Shown in pieces: positions 28,850 through 38,327 of a stretch of DNA of 64,000 bases. Made by a program: the position numbers and the translations under genes. The notes below the pieces were generated by a model. The model saw only the letters and a program-made list of their open reading frames with translations. It did no database searches and was not told where the DNA came from. Positions within the stretch are counted from its first letter, which is position 1; each line of letters begins with the position of its first letter. The stretch is taken from IMG/VR virus record IMGVR_UViG_3300042923_000601, positions 124,001 to 188,000 of that record, one strand, 5' to 3'.

Positions 28850-29479
28850 ATGAGCGATATTACATTTAAGGGGAAACGTAATCCTAAGATCGTATCGAAT
28901 ATAGACCCTGACCAAGCTATCCGGTTTTATCTGAACAGCAAAGATTTATTCCATGAGGATGATTTCTCTAACTTCCGGAATGCATGTAAGGGTATTACCC
29001 GACAGAGCGCGCGGTACACCAATGTTAAAGCTGCATTATTTGAGCTTGGGCTTGATCGTTGCCAAGTATTCTCGGGTATCACCAAGGACATGGCTCCACT
29101 TGAAATGCATCATGGGCCGATCTTTGATATGAACGCGATCTGCTCTATTGTCATTGACCACCTTTTGATGGAAGAAGAGCCTGAATTGACGACATTTAAA
29201 GTGGCTGATCTCGTACTGCGTGAACATGAGCTACATAACATTCAGCTTTTCATGCTGTGTGAAACGGCTCATCAAGCAGCAGAGAATGGCTCTGTATTCC
29301 TTAACTTCAATCAAGCGTATGGTCGTCTTGACCGGTTCATCAAGAAATACCGTAAGGGTATCCGTATTGAACACCTTGATCTTATCGAGGACTATATTGA
29401 AAAATCCAAGGAATTCAAGTCAACAGATAACGGTGTATTTGACCTGTACAAAAAGGTCAAAAAATATGTAAAAAAATAA
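28850..29479 (+). CDS. HNH-like (His-Me finger) protein, paralog of 39231-39974
   Basis: LEMHHGP...LCETAH. Confidence 0.5.
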   Translation: MSDITFKGKRNPKIVSNIDPDQAIRFYLNSKDLFHEDDFSNFRNACKGITRQSARYTNVKAALFELGLDRCQVFSGITKDMAPLEMHHGPIFDMNAICSIVIDHLLMEEEPELTTFKVADLVLREHELHNIQLFMLCETAHQAAENGSVFLNFNQAYGRLDRFIKKYRKGIRIEHLDLIEDYIEKSKEFKSTDNGVFDLYKKVKKYVKK

Positions 29480-29481
29480 GG

Positions 29482-29507
29482 GTAGTGGCTCCGACTGGGG
29501 CCACTAC
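29482..29507 (+). terminator. Terminator
   Basis: GTAGTGGCTCC / GGGGCCACTAC followed by a T-run. Confidence 0.75.
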
Positions 29508-29537
29508 TTTTTACTATACCCGACAATTAATAAATCA

Positions 29538-30011
29538 ATGAAAAGGACTGATAATATGTACACAACATGGTTTATGTTAGCCTTGCTTTTAGCAGGTGTA
29601 ATCTGCCTCATATCCATTTCGTTTGCAGTATGGATGTACGGTTTGAACCTTAGAAAAATACGGAAGAACCCACCTCGGAAACCACTTGAGTACAATCCGG
29701 CTGTGGTTCAGGCATTTAATGAATGGTTGCTGAGTAATATAGGGATGCACTTGACGGAATACGTCGAGGGGAAGACTGGGCTTACCCGTTCTAAGCTGAA
29801 GGAACTCACTCTTGATTCCAAGTTCACATCCGACTGTGTTGAAAAGGTATCCCAAAGCGTTACCTCTAATATGCCGGTGTACTACGAGGTTTATATGACA
29901 CAATTCCATGGGCGTGATCGATTTGCTAATGTTATCTACCGGATGACGAAGCGTGTCGTTACCCAGTGGGTCACCAAGCAATTAGCCGACCGCCGAGACG
30001 AATTTCAATAA
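29538..30011 (+). CDS. Membrane-anchored hypothetical protein
   Basis: N-terminal TM WFMLALLLAGVICLISISFAVWMY. Confidence 0.6.
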   Translation: MKRTDNMYTTWFMLALLLAGVICLISISFAVWMYGLNLRKIRKNPPRKPLEYNPAVVQAFNEWLLSNIGMHLTEYVEGKTGLTRSKLKELTLDSKFTSDCVEKVSQSVTSNMPVYYEVYMTQFHGRDRFANVIYRMTKRVVTQWVTKQLADRRDEFQ

Positions 30012-30041
30012 AAAAGAGAAGCCTCTAAGGGCTTCTCTTTT
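30012..30041. terminator. Bidirectional terminator
   Basis: AAAGAGAAGCC / GGCTTCTCTTT between convergent genes. Confidence 0.8.
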
Positions 30042-30052
30042 CACCGGTTGAT

Positions 30053-30508
30053 TTAGCTGAACGTAACTTCTACGGATATTGCATCCGGAATCTCCATCTT
30101 GAATTCCGATGTTATAGACGCATGGGCTTTGGTAATGACATCGGCAGTCCACCCGAACCACATGTCAGTCCAAGGTTCTGTAAACTCAACAACCACAGTG
30201 GCATCAGTTGCTTCAAATTCCATTCGGGTAGTGTTACCACTTGTCTTGACACTGAATGCATACCGTTCAAAATCATCGCGAAACCGTTTATTCTGATCCA
30301 CCAGATCGAGCAATTCGAATGTAGGGGCACCTTCGTCATGTAAGACTTCTGCCACATTACATTCAGACATATCCATATTCTCACCGGATGTGTTGAACTC
30401 CTGGATCGCAGCTGCGATAATTTCTTCGTTTGTCATACCATCGGTATCATCAAGGGCAATATGGCGTTTAAATTCCACTACAGTTCTGCGTGATTGTTTG
30501 GTTGTCAT
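30053..30508 (-). CDS. Hypothetical acidic protein (151 aa)
   Basis: ORF with GGGGA RBS in the early cluster. Confidence 0.6.
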   Translation of the reverse strand: MTTKQSRRTVVEFKRHIALDDTDGMTNEEIIAAAIQEFNTSGENMDMSECNVAEVLHDEGAPTFELLDLVDQNKRFRDDFERYAFSVKTSGNTTRMEFEATDATVVVEFTEPWTDMWFGWTADVITKAHASITSEFKMEIPDAISVEVTFS

Positions 30509-30550
30509 TTTAATATCCCCATTCGTTTAATTATTAGTGAAAAAGCCTAC

Positions 30551-30829
30551 CTATTCGGTAGGCTTATCAGTTTGGCGTGTATCATCAGAGGCCAGATACT
30601 CTCGTAATCCTGGCATTTGTGTTATTGGGTGTGGCGGAGCGTCATTTTCTTCATCTAGCGCGGCTTCAAAGAACGCGTTCAATGTGTCCATGATACCTGC
30701 ACCGCTGAAATATATAGCCCGCTCAACGTTATCCACCGCCTTAAGTTCAGCTAATGGATCGTCATTATGGGTTCTAGGCTTAAAGGGTATAACGTTACTT
30801 TTAGATTCGTGTTCGTTTTGCATGTTCAA
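30551..30829 (-). CDS. Hypothetical protein (~90 aa)
   Basis: ORF after GGAAGGG; terminator at 30543-30565. Confidence 0.55.
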   Translation of the reverse strand: MNMQNEHESKSNVIPFKPRTHNDDPLAELKAVDNVERAIYFSGAGIMDTLNAFFEAALDEENDAPPHPITQMPGLREYLASDDTRQTDKPTE

Positions 30830-30844
30830 ACGCCCTTCCAGAGT

Positions 30845-31852
30845 TTAAATTGTCCCGCGCTTAGTTAGCGAATGGTAGTATTCTTCTGCTGACCAAGTCT
30901 GCGGACGATATACTGGTACATATGTGTCAATATAGTCCATCATGGTTTTATATGGCACAGTATTAACCAACACCCTCAGGCCGTTCGGTAATAAGCATAT
31001 TGCTCTATGAGTAGAGCGTGGATCGCGCGGGTAATCGGTATTGTATATGAAATGTGCTGCAAGAACCCGATTTCCAGCCTTCTTAGATAAACGACGGAGG
31101 ACACGTCTCTCCTTTCGAGATAAGCCATTCTTAGCATCAATGTTCCATTTGATATAAGGCTCTCTCCTCGGTGAGAACGGAGTTCTTGCAGATTGTCCCT
31201 CCAGTATAATAAGTTCCTGATGCTCAGGTTTAAAGTCTGCACCAAATGGCTTGAGTGTATCGCCTATCGTAGAGTCACCCTTTATACCAATTGTCTGGAA
31301 TAATGTATGGCCGAGTGGTTTGAGTGCAATTCGGTCACCATCAAAATCAGGTGGCTGCTTACCCTCGTGTATATGCAACTGCTCAACGGGCATATACAAT
31401 CTGTCACCGTCGAAGTTAGCATCCCATCTTGATCTGTCAAATGCCCCGAGGTCCTCAACGGGAATGTCATTGACCGCAGGATTTGCCTTGAGTAATTCCT
31501 TTAGTCTAGATTTCGGCATGACAAGGGCGTCATCAATCTCAGCATCGCGCCCCAATGATCCCTTGGTATGTACATACGCGAGGAGCGAATCGCTGATACG
31601 CTTCGAATTGGCAACATCACCTTCTGCATACCTTGAAATCGCATCGTTTGCCTCTGACCCTAACCCCACATCGATAGGATGGTCAGGTAGACAGTCCAGT
31701 AGGCGTTGATGTTCCTCAATAGACATTTCAATTTCGTTTGGCTTTCCATTAGGGAGAATACTGGCCCGTGCTGAAAAGCTCTTTGGTCTATCATTATTAC
31801 CTTTCCCGAAAAGTCTATTCAGCATTCCTTTTACAGCTGCTCTCTTTGTCAT
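30845..31852 (-). CDS. Hypothetical protein with RNAP beta'-like motifs (degenerate DPBB-like)
   Basis: Start ATG 31852 after AAGGAG; KGMLNRLFGK..SFSARASILPN.KPNEI, WDANFDGD and PDFDGD. Confidence 0.65.
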   Translation of the reverse strand: MTKRAAVKGMLNRLFGKGNNDRPKSFSARASILPNGKPNEIEMSIEEHQRLLDCLPDHPIDVGLGSEANDAISRYAEGDVANSKRISDSLLAYVHTKGSLGRDAEIDDALVMPKSRLKELLKANPAVNDIPVEDLGAFDRSRWDANFDGDRLYMPVEQLHIHEGKQPPDFDGDRIALKPLGHTLFQTIGIKGDSTIGDTLKPFGADFKPEHQELIILEGQSARTPFSPRREPYIKWNIDAKNGLSRKERRVLRRLSKKAGNRVLAAHFIYNTDYPRDPRSTHRAICLLPNGLRVLVNTVPYKTMMDYIDTYVPVYRPQTWSAEEYYHSLTKRGTI

Positions 31853-31888
31853 ACGAATTTCTCCTTTTAGTGGGTTATTGTGCACATT

Positions 31889-31900
31889 TATAATATATAT
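31889..31900 (-). promoter_or_regulatory. Early-type promoter ATATATATTATA
   Basis: Recurrent motif. Confidence 0.55.
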
Positions 31901-31966
31901 CTGTATAGGTTGGTTATTACATATAAAAATACTCAGTAGGAGGTTATCCTACTGAGTATTCGTTAT

Positions 31967-32149
31967 CTATTCTCTGAGTCGAACTTCATATCGGTCAGAT
32001 ACGTCTTCATTCGACAGCCATGTGTCTCCACCCATGCAGGCAGCAGTGAGTTCATACACAAAGCCATCTACTCCAACGTAAAGCCGACTATCTTCAGAAT
32101 TAACTGCGACATCGTTTTGTTTATCCCATATGACGATTTGTATTGGCAT
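31967..32149 (-). CDS. Hypothetical protein (60 aa)
   Basis: Coupled to the upstream gene; terminator at 31928-31960. Confidence 0.55.
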   Translation of the reverse strand: MPIQIVIWDKQNDVAVNSEDSRLYVGVDGFVYELTAACMGGDTWLSNEDVSDRYEVRLRE

Positions 32150-32829
32150 TAGAGTCCCTCCGGTGGAGACAGTCTCTCTACAGCATCGAGAGCGAGCCTG
32201 ATGACGTACTCTCGGCGGCTTTCTTTAGCTCTCTTCGCCAATTCGTGATCGTCAGGGAACATAACCGATCTGGTTTCGATTACTATCTTGGCACCAGCAT
32301 GTTTACCGCTGGCTGCATATAGTGCGAATTGAGTTGGGCGCGCCACATTATCAAATGTGCGATCCACTTCCCAACCTGCTGGGAGTGCATTATCAATATC
32401 ATTATGATACCATGGTATATCCGATGTGAATTCAAGCTTCTCGGATAAAACGGTTGCTTCCCTTAGCCGTTCCATTGGATCAGACATCACTGTAAGCGGG
32501 CCGATCTTCTCACCTGTAAAATATGAGGTGTAGGCGTATTGCTTAACCTTAACTACATTATTAAAAGCTGCCAACACGATTTCTAATGCATTAGTTATAA
32601 TAGCGTCAGCTATAAGATTAGCCCGGGTAGCACCTGCTTCACCAGCCGTACTCTCATATAGTGAGGCCATATCAACCGAAAGTGGAATTTCCACTGTTGG
32701 ATCATCGATTAGGCTAATTGAGATACATGGAATGGCTGGGGAGTATCTCTTGCGATCTACGTTTAATATCCACCCAGTAGGCAGTTTTGCATTCACTCTA
32801 GCATACGCTTCTTCAATAATTGGTAGCAT
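32149..32829 (-). CDS. Hypothetical protein (226 aa)
   Basis: AAGGAG RBS. Confidence 0.6.
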   Translation of the reverse strand: MLPIIEEAYARVNAKLPTGWILNVDRKRYSPAIPCISISLIDDPTVEIPLSVDMASLYESTAGEAGATRANLIADAIITNALEIVLAAFNNVVKVKQYAYTSYFTGEKIGPLTVMSDPMERLREATVLSEKLEFTSDIPWYHNDIDNALPAGWEVDRTFDNVARPTQFALYAASGKHAGAKIVIETRSVMFPDDHELAKRAKESRREYVIRLALDAVERLSPPEGL

Positions 32830-32905
32830 TAGTATCGACTCCTTTAGATTATTAAAAACGTGTTAAAGGTAGAGTAGAAACCTACTCTACCTAAATGACT
32901 GCTAC

Positions 32906-33649
32906 TTAACGCCAGGTGGCATCCACGTACGTGATTGCACGATCGCTGACAATGTCAGCTGTTTCAGGGGCATCGAATTGAAGACCAAGAATGTCCACAA
33001 CAGCCTGATCCAAGACACTGGCTGCCACATCCAAGAGTTCTCTCATTTCGAACGGGTTTGTTTTGGTGATTACTTGGCGCGTTTGGTATACCACGCGATT
33101 CTGACCCACTTCGGTATGTGGGTTGTGCTTAATCGCAAGCTGCTGGAATACTACATATGTAGCATCTGTAATGATGACATGGTCTGATGGTATACGAATG
33201 TCAAGTGACAAGACGTTAACCTCGGACCCGTTATGCGTAACCGTTTGTGTGCCGTGTTTGTACGGTTTAAGTTCAACTGCGCCGTCAGTCACAATCTGGT
33301 ATGCGTCAATGACATTAGGTTTAACGGAGAACCGAGCCGGGATAGCGACCCGAGGTTCTTTGTTAATCACCCGTGTCAAGCCGTATTTATCAAGAAGCTG
33401 CTGGAATGCATCCGACCGGAAGTAGAAATACTCCTCAGTTGGGCTTTGTACAATGACAATTTCGCCGTCTTCCAGCTTATGGTGAAGCTGCTTTCCTTTG
33501 ACAACGTACAAGTAGCCGTTATCAACGTAGATACGATACCCTTCGATTTCAAATTGATTCTTAGGAGATGTCGATTTAGTAGCATCTTCCACGTCAATTC
33601 GAACTCGGGTATACTTTTTAGAATTGGTCTGTGAGCTTATAACATGCAT
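32906..33649 (-). CDS. Hypothetical protein (247 aa)
   Basis: GGCGGGG RBS; terminator at 32867-32892. Confidence 0.6.
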   Translation of the reverse strand: MHVISSQTNSKKYTRVRIDVEDATKSTSPKNQFEIEGYRIYVDNGYLYVVKGKQLHHKLEDGEIVIVQSPTEEYFYFRSDAFQQLLDKYGLTRVINKEPRVAIPARFSVKPNVIDAYQIVTDGAVELKPYKHGTQTVTHNGSEVNVLSLDIRIPSDHVIITDATYVVFQQLAIKHNPHTEVGQNRVVYQTRQVITKTNPFEMRELLDVAASVLDQAVVDILGLQFDAPETADIVSDRAITYVDATWR

Positions 33650-33801
33650 GGATAATTCCCCGCCTTCAATTGTATAATGATGATGGAAGACTGTGGCCCA
33701 GCCTCCCGGTCAATAAATTGTTTCCAGAATATAGTATTTCATACTCCGGAACGCAGAGAAAAAAAGATACTGAGAGACGGAATTAGCCGCCTCTCAGTTC
33801 T

Positions 33802-34101
33802 CTACTGTAAATTAATCGTGACAACACCCGGTGCAGGAGATGTGACCAGCCCAACACTGGATAATCCCGGCGGGAATTTGTCGATTACTGATGCTTTGGT
33901 TCGAATCATAAAAGCACCATCTTCGTTTGGATACAGTCCGCCGACGTAATGCTCGTCAGCATATACCTCACCGGGGGAAGCCATGTTGTATTTAGCCTGA
34001 ATATCCAACATTTGTTCATGTGTAATTGAGATGTTAATATCTGAGACAACGCATTGCATATCAATTACGTATACGGGTAACGTATATGACATATTAGCCA
34101 A
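33802..34101 (-). CDS. Hypothetical protein (99 aa), late-type promoter
   Basis: GAGGAG RBS; AACA GGGCAA TA at 34118-34129; terminator at 33769-33798. Confidence 0.6.
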   Translation of the reverse strand: MANMSYTLPVYVIDMQCVVSDINISITHEQMLDIQAKYNMASPGEVYADEHYVGGLYPNEDGAFMIRTKASVIDKFPPGLSSVGLVTSPAPGVVTINLQ

Positions 34102-34137
34102 CTCCTCTGAATGATTATATTGCCCTGTTAGAGCAAA

Positions 34138-34941
34138 TCATTTCGAGATGAAAAAGAACCGCTGGATAAGCGTGATGATATAGGTCATGTAGTTGAAACT
34201 ATGGTCTACATCAAACCCATCCAAGTAATGTAATGCGTATATGGAGTTATCTCTACCCGGTATACCTAGATTATACATGCTATTGGCATTTAGTTCCCGG
34301 TAGTAGTGATAGTCTAACTCCTGAGCTTTATACTGAGAAGCAAACTTCTTGATCTTAGTAACGACTCGTTTGTTATCAGCTGTCTCCAGCAGTGAGAATA
34401 TATCTTTCAGGAATGAAAGCATAGCTTCATGGTACTGTAGTTTATCGTCATTGATACCCTTGACCGCTATCTCTCTCCCTTTATTTCGGAAGTAGTATTC
34501 GTAATTACCAAACTTATGAAACGATGTGTACCTGTTCTTTAAGGCAAATTCCACATTAGAGAAGGAGGTTTTATCACACCGCTTATTAATCAGAAAGATC
34601 GCATCCTTACGGATCGAGAGAATCTGGTGCTCCTCGATCTTATTGTCAATAAAGAACTTCTTACGCATCTTGGCAAAGCCCTTCAGCATTTCCTTGGCTA
34701 GGTTACGGTCTTCTCGTTGTAATAGACCGATACGAATCTTACGCTCGTCCTTAGATAGTGAAGCTAAGTATTTGATGGTGCTGTCGTCTAGCAGTTCGTA
34801 ATACTTGATGATGTTAAAGCCTGCATCCCGCATATCATACTCGAAGATGTTGGCTCCGATGATATAGTCAATATCTTGAGTGTATAACTCTCGTTTCCAT
34901 AAGCTATGGTTAAGTAATTCTATAGGAACCAGTTTGTCCAC
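34138..34941 (-). CDS. Small polymerase-palm-like protein (divergent family-B-like)
   Basis: GTG start with GGAGG; motifs FEYDMRDAGFNII and LSIRKDAIF resemble PolB palm motifs A and C. Confidence 0.45.
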   Translation of the reverse strand: MDKLVPIELLNHSLWKRELYTQDIDYIIGANIFEYDMRDAGFNIIKYYELLDDSTIKYLASLSKDERKIRIGLLQREDRNLAKEMLKGFAKMRKKFFIDNKIEEHQILSIRKDAIFLINKRCDKTSFSNVEFALKNRYTSFHKFGNYEYYFRNKGREIAVKGINDDKLQYHEAMLSFLKDIFSLLETADNKRVVTKIKKFASQYKAQELDYHYYRELNANSMYNLGIPGRDNSIYALHYLDGFDVDHSFNYMTYIITLIQRFFFISK

Positions 34942-35038
34942 TGATGTAAACCTCCTTCCTCTTTAATATACAGTTATGTATTTAACCAAAAAAGAAGGAG
35001 AGGCAATAAGCCCCTCCTACCTTTGTCTAGCAGCCGGA

Positions 35039-35851
35039 TTATTCGGCAGTGTCGTTAATCATGTCGTACACTTTGTGCGCCACGTTAATAGCGTCTTCTT
35101 TGCTCCAGCGATCACGTTTCTTGGAAACGTCAGCTGCAGCGATTGCCTTCTTGACGCGTTTAGCAGCCTTTTCGCTGTGGTTTTCATACAGCCCAATTGC
35201 TTTGACCACGGAACCCTTCTTAACTTCGTCCAGATCATCGCATTGGCCGATGTACAGTACGATGCGAGTAATCGCATGCTTTCCTTCCAGCTTGTCAAGC
35301 GCCTTCACGCCGTCGAAGGAGAGCGATACGTTTTCCTTTGCATAGTCCTGCATGTAGGATTTGAATTTCTTGTTGCGCTTGGATTCGCCTTTGGTGGATT
35401 TCCAGTTGTCCTTAACGGACTTCAGGTAATCACCAAGCTTGATACGTTTAACACCGAAGGTGTCCTTGAAGTACTCCGCCAGTGCTTGCAGGAAGCCGGT
35501 TTTCCATTCTTCGTCGGATACAACGAGAACCGGAATATAAGTTCCTTCATTCAAGCCCCGGATGATGGTGTAGACAAAGAATTCCTTCTCGCTCTGCTTC
35601 AGCTCTTTAGCATATGCCTTAGCGAACTTCTTTTTGGCCTTCTTACTGACATTGTCTCCAGTAACAGTTGCCAGAAGCTCGGCAGATGGGCGCAGTGCGC
35701 TGAGTGTATCATTGCCGATAACGACTTCATCGTCGCCATCTTTCATTGTCAGTTTCAGTTCCGGTGACATGAGATACACGAATGTGTTTTCCAGTGGACG
35801 GGAACCATCAGCTGCCAACTTTTCGAACTTGCTTTCGTTTACAATAATCAT
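35039..35851 (-). CDS. Hypothetical Lys-rich protein (270 aa)
   Basis: AGGAGG RBS; late-type AACA CTCCAA TG at 35887-35898. Confidence 0.65.
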   Translation of the reverse strand: MIIVNESKFEKLAADGSRPLENTFVYLMSPELKLTMKDGDDEVVIGNDTLSALRPSAELLATVTGDNVSKKAKKKFAKAYAKELKQSEKEFFVYTIIRGLNEGTYIPVLVVSDEEWKTGFLQALAEYFKDTFGVKRIKLGDYLKSVKDNWKSTKGESKRNKKFKSYMQDYAKENVSLSFDGVKALDKLEGKHAITRIVLYIGQCDDLDEVKKGSVVKAIGLYENHSEKAAKRVKKAIAAADVSKKRDRWSKEDAINVAHKVYDMINDTAE

Positions 35852-35944
35852 TACGTATTCCTCCTAGGGATTGGTTATAATTTCATCATTGGAGTGTTTC
35901 CGGAGTAGTATAATACTACTCCGGTATTTCCATGAATTGATACC

Positions 35945-37660
35945 TTAATTGTTTCCTTCGCCTTCAAAATACTGGCCGTCGTAATCCTTATTGAATTCAC
36001 GGATCGGCTTTGCAACCATAGACGATACAATCATGTCGTCCATGTGGTCAGGTGGGAGATACTCCACCAGCCGTTTCAAGTGCTCCACCAGGTCAATCGT
36101 AAACACAGTGCCATTGGCAGATGCCACGATAATCGGGTGACGTTTTAAGTCTTCAACAACCATACCAATATGAATCTCATTGCTATAGCCGTTAGGTATT
36201 AACATTGTAATTCCAGCATCCTTGGCCACGTCCCGCTGATCTTGCTCAGCCTGTGGTGACACGGGAGCTGTTGCGACTGGCTCAGGTGTAGTTCCAAACC
36301 GGGCATGGATCATTTGAATGAGTCCAAGTGCATCGGTCTTAGAGAGGTCACCGATATGCTCAGATGCTTTACTCCAGTCAAAAGCTGGAGGTGCAATCGG
36401 CTGAGGCGTATCTGTAACTTTCACGTATTGTGCTTCCTGTACTTCAACCGGGCTGCTTTCAGGTTCAACATGTGCAACCGGCCGGTTGTTAAGGCTTTTG
36501 AGATTTTCCAGCATACGCCGTTCTTCCTCTTCAGCCAGTCTGCTTTGCTCTTGAAGCTCTGCATCATCGACCTCTGTTTCATCCGGGTGTACATTATATT
36601 TACGAAGGTCGGATAATGCAGCTTCGACGACATCATTCCCAGAAGTAAGAGCACGCTGAGGAGTTTCCTCCCGGTACTCAGGGGTGATATCAATTATACC
36701 ACCACGCTTTTTTTGCCAAATGTCTACCGATGGACCAGCCGAGGATGACGGGGTGTAATCCTGTCGACTGTCATCAGATTGCTTGGAACCTCCAAGCTTC
36801 TTCTTCCACATGTCTTTCACGGACACCATGCCAGATTCTCCTTTCGGGGTTTTGTCCCGGGTAATCTTAACGTACTCTTTCAGGTTGTCGTTGTATGACG
36901 TCGCATCAGATTTGTGCCGGGTTGTCTTATAAGATCGATAAAATTCCGCCAGCTCAGGTGTAAGCTCAAAGTAGTCCGTCCTTGGAGGGACGGCATACAT
37001 ATCGGAATTGTATCCTTCCATTAATACCGAAATCGAAAATACGTTACCACATTTCGGACATTGCATCATCGTGAAGGTCTTATTGTATTCAAGAGTTCCC
37101 TTACACTGCTTATAATCGTTATCAAGTGCTTGATGCGGGCATCTGAACTCGGCCAGGGATTTATATTCCACATAACCGAAGTCGATAACCGATATGTTGC
37201 CGTTTTTATCCCGTCCATAGTTCTTAGGTTTATCTGTACCCAAGTCTACGAGAACGAAGCCTGCTTTATCCAAATCTTGGAGCAGCTTCCTTACGGCCTT
37301 TTGTGTGTCTTTGGCATAGAATTCATTCAAACTGAAGGTTTTCTTCTTAGTCTGAACCAGTATATAGCCATCAGCATCAATATCATGGCTCGTTGGGAAA
37401 GCGCTGTGTTTTGCGGATTTCTCATACTCATTCAGATTATCCGATACGCCTTGCTCATCAAGCGCAACTTTGAAGACGACTTTTGGAAATTCGTTATGAG
37501 TAAAGATTTGCCGGTTCGTACCCATGTCGAGTTCTTTGAAGTCAAGCTTCTTCAGAATCTTTTTGTAGTAGTCGGCTTTTTCATGCTGATCGACCGGTTT
37601 AATAACCATCTTCCCGATCTTCTCCAGTATTTCGTCATTCAGTAAATCGTGTAAAATCAT
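35945..37660 (-). CDS. Protein-kinase-like domain plus Zn ribbon plus a long acidic, probably disordered C-terminus
   Basis: ELDMGTNR (Gly loop), VFKVA, NLNE, LVDLGTDKPKNYG (catalytic loop), VIDFGY; CPH...CKG...CPKCG. Confidence 0.7.
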   Translation of the reverse strand: MILHDLLNDEILEKIGKMVIKPVDQHEKADYYKKILKKLDFKELDMGTNRQIFTHNEFPKVVFKVALDEQGVSDNLNEYEKSAKHSAFPTSHDIDADGYILVQTKKKTFSLNEFYAKDTQKAVRKLLQDLDKAGFVLVDLGTDKPKNYGRDKNGNISVIDFGYVEYKSLAEFRCPHQALDNDYKQCKGTLEYNKTFTMMQCPKCGNVFSISVLMEGYNSDMYAVPPRTDYFELTPELAEFYRSYKTTRHKSDATSYNDNLKEYVKITRDKTPKGESGMVSVKDMWKKKLGGSKQSDDSRQDYTPSSSAGPSVDIWQKKRGGIIDITPEYREETPQRALTSGNDVVEAALSDLRKYNVHPDETEVDDAELQEQSRLAEEEERRMLENLKSLNNRPVAHVEPESSPVEVQEAQYVKVTDTPQPIAPPAFDWSKASEHIGDLSKTDALGLIQMIHARFGTTPEPVATAPVSPQAEQDQRDVAKDAGITMLIPNGYSNEIHIGMVVEDLKRHPIIVASANGTVFTIDLVEHLKRLVEYLPPDHMDDMIVSSMVAKPIREFNKDYDGQYFEGEGNN

Positions 37661-37706
37661 GCTACACTCTCCTTTTGTGCTCTACATAATAAGTCGGATT
37701 CACATC

Positions 37707-37720
37707 TATAATATATAACT
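37707..37720 (-). promoter_or_regulatory. Early-type promoter AGTTATATATTATA
   Basis: Upstream of the kinase gene. Confidence 0.6.
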
Positions 37721-37736
37721 ATACTGCAAAATGAAC

Positions 37737-38327
37737 TTACAATCCATGCTTGGTCCAGAAGCTCTCAGTAATATCCTGACGCCCTTCTTTAATATTACGT
37801 AGTGCTTCTTTGAAGTCCTCCAGATTCTCGTCATACTGAGTTCCTGATAGGCGACTTCTATCTTTGTCAGCCATTTGACTGATAAGTTTCCTATGATCCT
37901 TCTTACTGAGATGGACTTGGTCATATGACTTGTACTCCATCATCGAAGCAAGTTTGCCCTTCTTCTTCCTCTCTTTCGCCAGTTTTTTGTTTTTCTTCTT
38001 GGTCTTCTGGATGTCCCGACGAAGACCAGCCAATGTTTTGGCTGGTTTAGAATTCAAAGGTCGATTTGTTTCATTTGGAATTTCCGGTTCATCCGGGGTC
38101 CTAAGATGTTCCTGCGCAGCCCATTCCTCTTCTTTAACCAAGAATTGAATAAACTGTTCCTTTCGTGTAGGTGATAGACTATCATAATAAATTTTGACAT
38201 TCCCAGACAGTTTGCTTTCGATGAACTCTCCCTTGGTTACATGGGGATTCTCATCGTGAAGTTTTTTGTCTAGCTTATCTAATTTGCCAAGCAACTTATT
38301 CAGCTTTTTGGTACCTTTCTTTTTCAT
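37737..38327 (-). CDS. Hypothetical Lys-rich protein
   Basis: Likely start MKKKGTKK at 38327, overlapping the RNase H 3' end. Confidence 0.6.
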   Translation of the reverse strand: MKKKGTKKLNKLLGKLDKLDKKLHDENPHVTKGEFIESKLSGNVKIYYDSLSPTRKEQFIQFLVKEEEWAAQEHLRTPDEPEIPNETNRPLNSKPAKTLAGLRRDIQKTKKKNKKLAKERKKKGKLASMMEYKSYDQVHLSKKDHRKLISQMADKDRSRLSGTQYDENLEDFKEALRNIKEGRQDITESFWTKHGL

